Shown here one piece after another: positions 41,067 through 51,255 of a stretch of DNA of 64,000 bases (positions are counted from its first letter, which is position 1; every line of letters starts with the position of its first letter). The stretch spans positions 672,001 to 736,000 of the forward strand of contig CAWJKZ010000013.1 of assembly GCA_963843575.1 (NCBI GenBank), given 5' to 3'. The position numbers and the translations under genes were made by a program. The notes below the pieces were generated by a model. The model was given only the letters and a program-made list of their open reading frames with translations. It was not told the DNA's origin and did no database searches. Source of the stretch: an uncultured Acidobacteriota bacterium. Lineage in GTDB: Bacteria > Acidobacteriota > UBA6911.

Positions 41067-41870
41067 TCACGAAAATAACGCGGCGAACCCGGCTTTGCCC
41101 AGCACCCACACCAGCCATGGGATCATGACGCCCACGGCCGCCTTCCCCGTCGTCAGCTTCCCGTGTGAGATCGTCGAGAAGCCGATCGCCAGCAGCGCGA
41201 TCGACCAGGCCGAGAAGACGTCGATCGAGCCGAGCAGGCTGGCGAGCACCGGGTGCGCCCGGTCCGAGACCAGCAACCCAAGGTTGCTGGCGATGTTCTT
41301 GCTCGGGTCGAGCTCCAGCGCGTCCGGGTCCTTGACGTACATGAAGATGATCCCGAGCACGGTCACGACCAGCGCGGGCGGGGCCAGCCCCCAGATCATC
41401 ACCGCGAGGGACTTCTTGAAGGTGACCGCGGCCCCCATGATCAGGAAAACGACGAGGAGTGCCGCCGCCATAACCAGGTACGAAACCAGCATCCCGATCG
41501 GCGCGAACACGAAGGTCGAGTACCGCTGAAACGCCGACTGCGGCCGATTGAGCACCTGCTGGACCTGCTCGTCGGAGAGGTTCCTGGTCATCGGGTTCAT
41601 CTGCAGCGCCTTGCGCATGTACGTCTCGTGGTCCATCCGGGACGTAAGCACGTAAATCGAGGCCGTCGCAAAGGCGCAGATCAGCAGAAAGATGCCGACC
41701 CAACCACCCCGCCGGTCGATGTCCTGATAGGTGGCTCGCGGTTCCACATACATCCCGGCCAGCCGCTGGCCGAAATTCATCCCGGCCTCCTGCGGACTGC
41801 CCTGGTCCACTGTCGAAGCCCTCTCGTCCATGCTCCCTCCTGGTGAGTTTGTACCGTATTGATACGCCAA
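41067..41870 (-). CDS. YIP1 family membrane protein (start may be 41831)
   Basis: NFGQRLAGMYVEPRATY..., 5 TM segments, SIDVFSAW. Confidence 0.8.
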   Translation of the reverse strand: MAYQYGTNSPGGSMDERASTVDQGSPQEAGMNFGQRLAGMYVEPRATYQDIDRRGGWVGIFLLICAFATASIYVLTSRMDHETYMRKALQMNPMTRNLSDEQVQQVLNRPQSAFQRYSTFVFAPIGMLVSYLVMAAALLVVFLIMGAAVTFKKSLAVMIWGLAPPALVVTVLGIIFMYVKDPDALELDPSKNIASNLGLLVSDRAHPVLASLLGSIDVFSAWSIALLAIGFSTISHGKLTTGKAAVGVMIPWLVWVLGKAGFAALFS

Positions 41871-41878
41871 CTGCCGAA

Positions 41879-42817
41879 TCAGGTATACAGAAAACAGGCG
41901 ACCTTGTCGCCGTCGCCTCGCGCCTGCAGAGGCGGCGGCGCGGACGAGCAGATGGGCAGCGCCCGCGGGCAGCGGGGCCGGAACAAGCAGCCCGCCGGAG
42001 GCGGCGCCGGGCCGTCAGGCACGGGCGCCGGCGGCGGAAGGCCCGCGCGGCGGCCGGGCAAGCTATCCAGGAGCAGCCTGCTGTAGGGGTGGAGCGGATC
42101 CCGGAACAGTTCCTCGGCCTTCCGCTCCTCGACGACGCGCCCCAGGTACATCACGATGATCCGTTCGCACGCGTAGCGCACGGCCGCCAGGTCGTGCGAG
42201 ATCAGGATCAAGGTGACGCCGAGGCGCCGCCGAATGTCGTCGAGCAGGTTCAGGACTAGGGCCTGCACGGAGGCGTCGAGCGCAGAGACGGGCTCGTCCG
42301 CGATCAAGAGCCTGGGCTGCAGGGCCAAGGCGCGGGCGATCGCCACGCGCTGCTGCTCACCCCCGCTCAGGTCGGCGGGGTACCTCTCCAGGAGAGTGGG
42401 TTCCAGGCCGACTTCGCGCAGCAACGAGGGCAAGCGCGCCTCGCGTTCCGGGCCGGAGGCGATGCGATGCGCCTCAAACGGTTCCAGCAGGATGCGCCGC
42501 ACGGGCATGCGCGGGTCGAGCGAGCCGAATGGGTCCTGGAAGATGATCTGGAATTCGCGCCGCCTGCGTCGCAGCTCCTCCCTGGTCAAAGTCCCGAGGT
42601 CGGTGCCGTCGAACGACACGTGCCCGGACGTCGGTTCGAGCAGGCGCACGGCGCAGCGCGCCAGCGTGCTCTTGCCGCAGCCGGATTCTCCGACGACCCC
42701 CAGCGCGGCTCCCGCGGGCACCTCCAGGCTAACCCCGTCCACGGCACGGACGACACGGCCCCCAACCAGGAAATCCCGGCGCAGCGCGTCGATTTTCAGG
42801 AGTGGGAGTGGAGTCAT
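41879..42817 (-). CDS. Oligopeptide/dipeptide ABC ATP-binding protein (OppF/DppF-like)
   Basis: RAVDGVSL, GESGCGKST, LSGGEQQR, DEPVSALD, HPYS, GCLFRPRC. Confidence 0.93.
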   Translation of the reverse strand: MTPLPLLKIDALRRDFLVGGRVVRAVDGVSLEVPAGAALGVVGESGCGKSTLARCAVRLLEPTSGHVSFDGTDLGTLTREELRRRRREFQIIFQDPFGSLDPRMPVRRILLEPFEAHRIASGPEREARLPSLLREVGLEPTLLERYPADLSGGEQQRVAIARALALQPRLLIADEPVSALDASVQALVLNLLDDIRRRLGVTLILISHDLAAVRYACERIIVMYLGRVVEERKAEELFRDPLHPYSRLLLDSLPGRRAGLPPPAPVPDGPAPPPAGCLFRPRCPRALPICSSAPPPLQARGDGDKVACFLYT

Positions 42818-43021
42818 GTCACCCGCAATCGAATTGCGGGGGCGGCGCCTCGGCGCCACCCCCTTTGGACACAGCGCAAATCCTCGACAGGCCAGCGGAT
42901 GCCAGATGTTGGATTCCGTGTTTCCCCGCGTCGATCCCTGGTTGGTTTTTTCTTCCGGTTGAAGTGCGTATAACGTCCAGGTGTCGAGACGCACCCCAGG
43001 TCCTTTCCTCGGCTTCAGCAG

Positions 43022-44014
43022 TCATTGCCGTCCGGCCTCGAAGCAGGCTACGTCGTGGTCCGGGGACACGGGCTTGGCGGGCGGTTCCCCGGCCAGGCAG
43101 CGCGGCCCCGCGACGGGGCAGCGCGGCGCGAACGCGCACCCGGAAAGTTCGACGGCCGCTCCCGGCGGCGTGCCGGGGATGGGTTCGAGACGCCGGCCGG
43201 GGAGGGTGTCGGCGAGTCCGGGCAACGCCCTCACCAGTCCCTGGGTGTATGGGTGCCGCGGCGCCCCGACGATCTCGCGTGCCGGGCCGATTTCCACGAG
43301 ACGGCCGTGGTACATCACGGCAACGCGGCGGGCGCAATGCGCGACCAGCTCGAGATCGTGGCTGATCAGGAGGATGGTCAGCCCGTCGCCGTTCATTTCC
43401 TGCAGCAGCGCGATGATCTGCGCCCGGACGGTCGGGTCGAGGGCGCTGGTGGCTTCGTCGGCCACCAGCAGGGCCGGCCGGTTGCAAACGGCCAGCGCGA
43501 TTCCCACCCGCTGGCACATGCCGCCCGAGAGCTCGTACGGGTAGCGGCGCATCCAGAACGCGGGATCCGGCAGCCCGACGCGCGCCAGCAGCTCGGCCCC
43601 CCGCTGCAGGGTGCCGCCTCGCGTTCTGTCGCCGTGGGCGCGCAACGCATCGCGCAGCTGCGCGCCGACCGAGAGGACGGGGTTCAGGGAGTTGCGCGGG
43701 TCCTGAAAAACCATCCCGATCGAGGCGCCGCGCAGCGCGCGCCAGGCCCGTTCCTCTCCGGGGACGGGGGTGGGCCGCCCGCAGATTCGGATGAGACCCT
43801 GCTGCAGGGTTCGGCGCGGATCGAGCAATCCGAGCAGGGCGAGGGCGAGGGTAGACTTCCCGCAGCCGGTTTCTCCGACCAGCGCCAGGATGTCTCCGGT
43901 TGCGATCTCGAACGAGACGTCCCGCGCCGCGCGGATCGGGCGCCCGGCGCCACGATAGGACACCGAGAGGCCCCGCACCTCGAGCAGCGGCAGGGCGGGC
44001 GGCTGGTTGATCAC
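43022..44014 (-). CDS. Oligopeptide/dipeptide ABC ATP-binding protein (OppD/DppD-like)
   Basis: GETGCGKST, YPYELSGGMCQR, HPYTQGL, GCAFAPRC. Confidence 0.93.
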   Translation of the reverse strand: MINQPPALPLLEVRGLSVSYRGAGRPIRAARDVSFEIATGDILALVGETGCGKSTLALALLGLLDPRRTLQQGLIRICGRPTPVPGEERAWRALRGASIGMVFQDPRNSLNPVLSVGAQLRDALRAHGDRTRGGTLQRGAELLARVGLPDPAFWMRRYPYELSGGMCQRVGIALAVCNRPALLVADEATSALDPTVRAQIIALLQEMNGDGLTILLISHDLELVAHCARRVAVMYHGRLVEIGPAREIVGAPRHPYTQGLVRALPGLADTLPGRRLEPIPGTPPGAAVELSGCAFAPRCPVAGPRCLAGEPPAKPVSPDHDVACFEAGRQ

Positions 44015-44108
44015 GGCTCGACGACACCGGGGAGCGACAATGGCCCCCTTTGAAGGAGGTTCACACGGGAACGGGTTGCGCGGGGGAACCGGGTGCCGCG
44101 GCTCGGGT

Positions 44109-45536
<1,428 letters not shown>

Positions 45537-45554
45537 TCAACGCGGGAGGCGTCC

Positions 45555-45896
45555 ATGAAGTTCTCGTCTCGACAGGTTGACGGCGTCGTCATCTTGGACA
45601 TCGAAGGCAAGATCCTGCTCGGTGACGGAGATGTCGAGATCAAGCAGGCGGTGGACGATCTCCTCGCCCGGGGCCAGAAAAAAATCCTCCTGAACCTTGC
45701 GAAGGTGCCTTACATCGACAGCGCAGGGCTCGGCGAGATCATCCGCTGCTTCACCGCCATCAGGAAAAAGGGGGGAAACCTCAAGCTGCTGGCCCCGAAC
45801 CAGAGGTTGATCGACCTCCTGAGCATCACGAAGCTGGTAAACGTGTTCGATTGGTACAACGACGAGTCTTCCGCGGTGACGAGTTTTTCCTCCTGA
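45555..45896 (+). CDS. STAS-domain anti-sigma factor antagonist
   Basis: LLNLAKVPYIDSAGLGE with the phosphorylatable Ser. Confidence 0.92.
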   Translation: MKFSSRQVDGVVILDIEGKILLGDGDVEIKQAVDDLLARGQKKILLNLAKVPYIDSAGLGEIIRCFTAIRKKGGNLKLLAPNQRLIDLLSITKLVNVFDWYNDESSAVTSFSS

Positions 45897-45942
45897 TCCT
45901 CCGACTTATCCAGAGCCGAACTGTGCCGCCGGTGATTGCCGA

Positions 45943-47043
45943 ATGTATCGACTGATCGTATCGATGACGCTTGCCCTTGGCTGGCTCGCGGCCGCCTCCT
46001 CCAACGCCGCGGCGGCTCAGGCGCTCGACAGCAGCATCGTTTCGGAGCACGTGCGCATCCGCATCCCGACCGAACGCGCGTGGCTGGGCCGCGACGTCGT
46101 CATGGAGCTCGAGCGCTGCTGGCGCTTCGTCAATCCCGCGACCGGGGAGAGCCTCCCCCGCCGCCTGCTGGTCGCCGTCGATTGGGAGGGGAGCGTGAGC
46201 TCGGCCAGCCCGCGGGACGGCACCATCACGGTGGGGCTCAACCAGCCCGCAGCCGCCCCCGACGTCCGGGCATTCCTCGTGCGTGAGTCCGCCCGGGAGA
46301 TGGCACGCCTCGGATTGCTGAATCTCGCGCGCCAGGCTGCCCCGGTCGAACGGACCGCCTTCCTCTTCCAGGGAATGGCAGAGCTGCTCGGGCGCGAATT
46401 CAACCATTCCACCCGCGGACTCGGCAGCGCCTGGGTCCTGGCTCACCTGCTCGACCGTATGAAACTGCTGGGAATCTCCGCCCAGTCCTCCTGGGACGCG
46501 TTCTCCGAAGGGCGCAACGACCTGCGCGCCGCGGCACCCGGGGTCACCTTCCTGATGACTTGTCGCGAAACCTACGGCCGGGAGAAGATCCTGAAACTGT
46601 TCGAAGGGCTGCGCAAAGGGAACCTGGAGGAGAGCGTCTCCTCGACTTTTCGGACCTCTTTGGCCGCCCTGGAAGTCGCGTGGCTGAAAAAAGTCCGCGA
46701 GCTGCCCCAGTGGAGCGACGTGACGATCACCTCGGATGAGGATGCGCCGGTGCTCGAAAAGTCCGAGCTCCCGCGGCCGTCGCGCCCCGGCGAGACCCTG
46801 CAACTTCGCGTCTACCTCCGCGACCGAACGCGCGACTTGTTGCCGAGCGGGATTTTCGCCATCGCGTCCAACTCCGGGGCCGTGGCGCAAGCGCAACCGG
46901 GACCGGCCGGCGCCCCATACGTTGCGATCGACTTGGGGATTGAAAAGGAACGTCGCGCCGGCAGCTACGGCTACCGGCTGACCGCCGTGGACGAGTCCGG
47001 GAATATCAGGAACTGGGACGGGAGCTACTCGGTCGGGCCCTGA
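45943..47043 (+). CDS. Exported hypothetical protein, peptidase MA-like fold with degenerate zinc motif
   Basis: Signal peptide; AREMAR in place of HExxH, FQGMAE. Confidence 0.6.
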   Translation: MYRLIVSMTLALGWLAAASSNAAAAQALDSSIVSEHVRIRIPTERAWLGRDVVMELERCWRFVNPATGESLPRRLLVAVDWEGSVSSASPRDGTITVGLNQPAAAPDVRAFLVRESAREMARLGLLNLARQAAPVERTAFLFQGMAELLGREFNHSTRGLGSAWVLAHLLDRMKLLGISAQSSWDAFSEGRNDLRAAAPGVTFLMTCRETYGREKILKLFEGLRKGNLEESVSSTFRTSLAALEVAWLKKVRELPQWSDVTITSDEDAPVLEKSELPRPSRPGETLQLRVYLRDRTRDLLPSGIFAIASNSGAVAQAQPGPAGAPYVAIDLGIEKERRAGSYGYRLTAVDESGNIRNWDGSYSVGP

Positions 47044-47112
47044 CGGGTGCCGCGCAATTCTTTGCCAGGACCCACACTCGGCAACGGCTTTCTCTACGAA
47101 GCTCAGGACGGG

Positions 47113-48066
47113 TCAGCGTTTCTTCAGTTCCTGCACCCGGGCGACAGCCTCTTTCAAACCGGGCGAGGGATTGAGCTCCGAAGCCTTCTGGTAGGCGTTC
47201 AGGGAGAGGTCCCACTTCTTCTGTTTTTCGTAAACCAGACCCAGCCGCTGAAAGACCTCCGCGCTGCGAGGCATCAATTCGAGCGCTTGGTTCAACGCCC
47301 TCTCGGCCTCGCCGTAGTTTTTCTGGAACAGATAAGCTTCCGCCAGGTTGTAATGGACGAAGCCGTCGCGCGCGTTATAGTCGCGGGCCTTCTTGAGATA
47401 CTCCACCGCCTGGTCGTACTGTTTCGCCGACAGCGCAGAGATCCCCCGCTTGAAATACGACTTGCCGAGGTACTCGGCGGTGGCTGAGTGACCGGGCTTC
47501 ATCGCCAGCGCCCTCGTCAACGCCTGCGCGGCGTCCTCCTGCCGGTTCAGGTTGTAGTAGGCGATGCCGAGCTGGGAGAAATCGGTCCAATCCGCCGCAG
47601 AGATCCGTATCGCGGCGGTCAGGTCGGTTGCGGCGTTCTGCCACCGTTCGGACTGGTATTCGGCCGAACCGCGCAGATGGTACAGCTTGTACTTCTCCCG
47701 GTCCCCCTCTTTGGCTGCGAGGGTTTCCCCCTGGTTGAGCGCCTGCACGGCCTGCTCGTATTTCTGCATGTTGAAGTAGGCCTGACCCAGCCCCAGGTAG
47801 GTGGAGAAGGCAGTTGATTTCAGTTGCGCCGCGCGCGTGAGCGAGGAGATGGCGAGGGCGTTGTTTTTCAGGTTGAGGTAACTGAGGCCGACCAGCCGGT
47901 GACCGAATTCCCAGTCGGGGCTCTGGTCGAGGTCAGGCTTGAGCTCCTGGATGGCCTTGTCGAAGCGCCCCTGGTTGTAATACATGACCGCCTGTTTGTA
48001 GTCGGCTTGCGCGGGTGCCGCAGACAGGACGGCCAGCAGCGGCACCGCGGCAACCCACTTGTTCAT
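47113..48066 (-). CDS. Exported TPR-repeat protein
   Basis: Signal peptide MNKWVAAVPLLAVLSAAPAQA, about 8 TPRs; start overlaps the exbD stop. Confidence 0.9.
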   Translation of the reverse strand: MNKWVAAVPLLAVLSAAPAQADYKQAVMYYNQGRFDKAIQELKPDLDQSPDWEFGHRLVGLSYLNLKNNALAISSLTRAAQLKSTAFSTYLGLGQAYFNMQKYEQAVQALNQGETLAAKEGDREKYKLYHLRGSAEYQSERWQNAATDLTAAIRISAADWTDFSQLGIAYYNLNRQEDAAQALTRALAMKPGHSATAEYLGKSYFKRGISALSAKQYDQAVEYLKKARDYNARDGFVHYNLAEAYLFQKNYGEAERALNQALELMPRSAEVFQRLGLVYEKQKKWDLSLNAYQKASELNPSPGLKEAVARVQELKKR

Positions 48067-48512
48067 CGGGCAACCCCTCCCACCCCGCCGGAAAACCCCG
48101 ACCACATCGCGACCTCGGCATTGGTAGGGATCGAGACGTTTTCCACCTTCAACTGCTTGCACATGTCGAGCACATCGACCGTCGCGAAGTAGGGCACATT
48201 GGGGTCCGTTTGGACGATCACCGGTTTCTTCGGGTTCTGTTTGAGCTTCGCGTCGATGTAGCCCGCCATCTGCGGCAGGGTTGCCGGCTTGCGGTCGATA
48301 GTGTACTGGCCGGGGCCCATGATGTGAATGTGCATGGATTCGAGCGGCTGCACGTTCACGATGTCTTCGTTCTTGGGCAGCCCGTACTCGAGGCCGAAAT
48401 TGCTGCTGTACACCGAAGTCAGCATGAAAAAGATGATGAGCAGGAATGCGATGTCCGCCATCGATGCGGTCGGTATTTCGGCGGGTACCTTGTTGCGAAT
48501 CTGGATCGCCAT
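48063..48512 (-). CDS. ExbD/TolR family protein
   Basis: EIPTASMADIAFLLIIFFM, VLDMCK. Confidence 0.9.
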   Translation of the reverse strand: MAIQIRNKVPAEIPTASMADIAFLLIIFFMLTSVYSSNFGLEYGLPKNEDIVNVQPLESMHIHIMGPGQYTIDRKPATLPQMAGYIDAKLKQNPKKPVIVQTDPNVPYFATVDVLDMCKQLKVENVSIPTNAEVAMWSGFSGGVGGVAR

Positions 48513-48526
48513 CTCGGGACTCTCTG

Positions 48527-48955
48527 TTACTGGGCCGTGTTCTGCTTCGCCTCGGTCAGAAGCGCTATGCGCCGGCAGTTGTTCGCGCGCAGTTTTTCGT
48601 ACACCGCGTTGAACAGGTCATAGCGCACGTTCTTGTCGGCCTTGATGATGAACTGTTTTGTCGGATCGGAACTGACGACTTCCTTCACGAACAGGTCCAG
48701 CTCATCGAGCGTGTTGAGCTTCGTGCCGGGCTGGATGCCGTTTGAAATCTCCATGTCGCCGTTGGGGGCCACCGCGATGATGGCCGCATCCTTCTCCACT
48801 TCTTCCCGGTTTGCCGCTTCAGCCAGGTCGACGGACATCTTGACCGGGCTGAACGACGTGGTGAGCATGAAGAATATGATGAGCAGGAAGGCGATGTCCG
48901 CCATCGATGCCGTCGGGATGACGGCGGTCACCTTGTTGACGCGCAGATGCTTCAT
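48527..48955 (-). CDS. ExbD/TolR family protein
   Basis: IPTASMADIAFLLIIFFMLTTSF, IKADKNVRY. Confidence 0.9.
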   Translation of the reverse strand: MKHLRVNKVTAVIPTASMADIAFLLIIFFMLTTSFSPVKMSVDLAEAANREEVEKDAAIIAVAPNGDMEISNGIQPGTKLNTLDELDLFVKEVVSSDPTKQFIIKADKNVRYDLFNAVYEKLRANNCRRIALLTEAKQNTAQ

Positions 48956-49647
48956 GAAACCACCTGCGGCTGGGGCACCGGGGTCGCGACGGGCGCGCTC
49001 GGCGCAGCACCAGGGTGGTCCTCCAGCTCATTGAAAGTTTCCAGCAGCATGGCGGAGCTGGTTTCCATGTCGAGCGCAAAATTGGTGATGCGGCTGGTGA
49101 AATAGTTGTAGGCCGCTTGCACCGGCAGTGCGATGAACAAGCCGTAAGCGGTCGTAATGAGCGCTTCGGAAATACCGGCCGCGACGAGCTTGGGGTTCCC
49201 CAGTCCGGCTTCCGCCAGTACCGCGAAGGACTTGATCATCCCCGTTACCGTTCCGAGGAACCCAAACAGCGGGGCGATGTTGGCGACGGTGGCGAGAACC
49301 CAGAGTCCCCTCTCCAGTTTGGAAATCTCGTGCAACGCCACGCTCTCCATCGCCTTCTCGATGTCGCTGACAGGCTTCCCGAACCGGAGGAGGCCGGCAC
49401 GCAATGTATCGGATATGGGGCTCGGGTTCTGGTCGCACACCTCGATTGCGCCCTTCAAGTCGCGGCGAACGAGGGCGGCACGCACGGCCCCGAATACCTG
49501 GGCTGTGTTGACCTTGATCCGATGCAAAACAATGGCGCGCTCGATGATCACGATGAGCCCCACGATCGAACAAATCAGCATGGGGTGCATCGTTACACCG
49601 CCCCTGACGTAATAGTCGACCAAGCTGCCTGCGATTGAGCTTGACAA
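48952..49647 (-). CDS. MotA/TolQ/ExbB proton channel
   Basis: APLFGFLGTVTGMIKSF, GISEALITTAYGL. Confidence 0.93.
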   Translation of the reverse strand: MSSSIAGSLVDYYVRGGVTMHPMLICSIVGLIVIIERAIVLHRIKVNTAQVFGAVRAALVRRDLKGAIEVCDQNPSPISDTLRAGLLRFGKPVSDIEKAMESVALHEISKLERGLWVLATVANIAPLFGFLGTVTGMIKSFAVLAEAGLGNPKLVAAGISEALITTAYGLFIALPVQAAYNYFTSRITNFALDMETSSAMLLETFNELEDHPGAAPSAPVATPVPQPQVVS

Positions 49648-49782
49648 TTCTCGTCTTCCCCCTGTGATAGATTCCGTTTGCCGCCTTGGTACTAGATCCC
49701 GGGAACCCCTGAAGGTTTCAGCAGAAAATAGCCAGAAGGGGTTTTTTCGAGGAGCCCCCCCTTGGACGGAAACCCTCTCTAG

Positions 49783-49811
49783 AATCTAGCGACAACGATG
49801 CGGCAAGTCAA
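49783..49811 (-). promoter_or_regulatory. Sigma-70 promoter of the exbB operon
   Basis: TTGACT-N17-TAGATT. Confidence 0.55.
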
Positions 49812-49872
49812 GGTAACACGCTTGAAGGCTGGAGGTTATTGGCGTCCAAGGACGAGCGGGAGCGATGGGCGG

Positions 49873-51255
49873 TCAGCGGTTTTTGATCTTGAGCCGCTTC
49901 AGCTTCTCGCTGAGGGTGGTGGCGTTTACACCCAGCAATTGCGCGGCCTTTTTCTGATTCCAGTCGGTATTGTCCAGGGCTGCCAGTATGAGGCTCCGCT
50001 CGAAGTTGCCGACCCGCTCCTTGAGGGGGAGGCCGTCTCCGGGCATGCGGCCCTGGGCTGCCGCCGACGTGGTCGGCAGCGTGAGGTTCCTCGGGAAGAG
50101 GTCGGCGCTGATCGTGCTCTCGGGCGCCAGCACGACGGCCCGCTCCATGACATTCTCAAGCTCGCGCACGTTGCCCGGCCAGTCGTAATCCATGAGGACT
50201 TTCAGGGCCGCCGGTTCGAGGGTGCAGCGCTCGCGGTCGTTTTCCTCGCAATATTTCCTGATGAAATGTTCCGCCAGCAGCGGGATGTCTTCCGCGCGCT
50301 CGCGCAGCGCCGGGAGCTTGATGACGATGACATTGAGCCTGTAATAAAGATCGTCGCGGAAAGTACCGGCCTGCACCGCCGCCTGCAGGTCGGTATTGGT
50401 GGCGGCGACAATGCGCACGTCGATCTTGATGTTTTCCAGGCCCCCGAGCCGTCGGAACTCCCGTTCCTGGATGACGCGCAGGAGTTTGGCCTGCATCTCC
50501 ATCGAGATGGTAGCGACCTCGTCCAGGAACAGTGTGCCGCCGTCGGCGACCTCGAAGAGCCCTTTTTTCGAGCTCGTCGCGCCCGTGTAGGCGCCGCGGA
50601 CATGTCCGAAGATCTCGCTCTCGAGGAGGTCCGACGGGATGTTGCCGCAGTTGATCGCGACGAAGGGGGCCTCAGACCGGCTGCCGCTGGATGAGTGGAT
50701 CGCCTTGGCCACCAGTTCCTTGCCGGTGCCGCTCTCCCCCTGCAGCAGGATCGTGCTCCGCCGCGGCGCCACCTGGGTGATCAGATCGTAGATCTGCTGC
50801 ATGGCGGCGCTCTTCCCGATGATGTTCCTGAAGCTGTAGCGTTGCTTCAGTGACTCCTTGAGCCGGATGTTTTCTTCCCGCAGACGGCGGTTTTCGGCCG
50901 CGTTTTTGACCGCCAGCACGATCTCGTCGTTCTTAAACGGCTTGGTGATGAAATCAAAGGCGCCGAGCTTGGTGGCCTTGACGGCCTTCTCGATCGAACC
51001 GAACGCCGTGAGGATCACGGTCACCGGGCTGGGTTCCAGCTTGGCGAACTCCTCGAGCACCTGCAGCCCGTCCATGTCGGGCATCATCAGGTCGAGGAGC
51101 ACGACGGTGTACTCACTGTCGCGGACAAGCTCCAGGGCCTCGGAACCGTTCTGTGCCAGGTCGACCGCGTAGTCCTCGGCGGCCAGCAGGGTCGACAGGA
51201 CATCCCTGATGATCTCTTCGTCGTCGACTACCAGGATCTTTCCGTTGCTGGTCAT
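49873..51255 (-). CDS. Sigma-54-dependent (NtrC family) response regulator
   Basis: Receiver domain (VVDDE, LDLMMP), GESGTGKE, GAYTGA loop, WPGNVRELEN, Fis HTH. Confidence 0.96.
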   Translation of the reverse strand: MTSNGKILVVDDEEIIRDVLSTLLAAEDYAVDLAQNGSEALELVRDSEYTVVLLDLMMPDMDGLQVLEEFAKLEPSPVTVILTAFGSIEKAVKATKLGAFDFITKPFKNDEIVLAVKNAAENRRLREENIRLKESLKQRYSFRNIIGKSAAMQQIYDLITQVAPRRSTILLQGESGTGKELVAKAIHSSSGSRSEAPFVAINCGNIPSDLLESEIFGHVRGAYTGATSSKKGLFEVADGGTLFLDEVATISMEMQAKLLRVIQEREFRRLGGLENIKIDVRIVAATNTDLQAAVQAGTFRDDLYYRLNVIVIKLPALRERAEDIPLLAEHFIRKYCEENDRERCTLEPAALKVLMDYDWPGNVRELENVMERAVVLAPESTISADLFPRNLTLPTTSAAAQGRMPGDGLPLKERVGNFERSLILAALDNTDWNQKKAAQLLGVNATTLSEKLKRLKIKNR

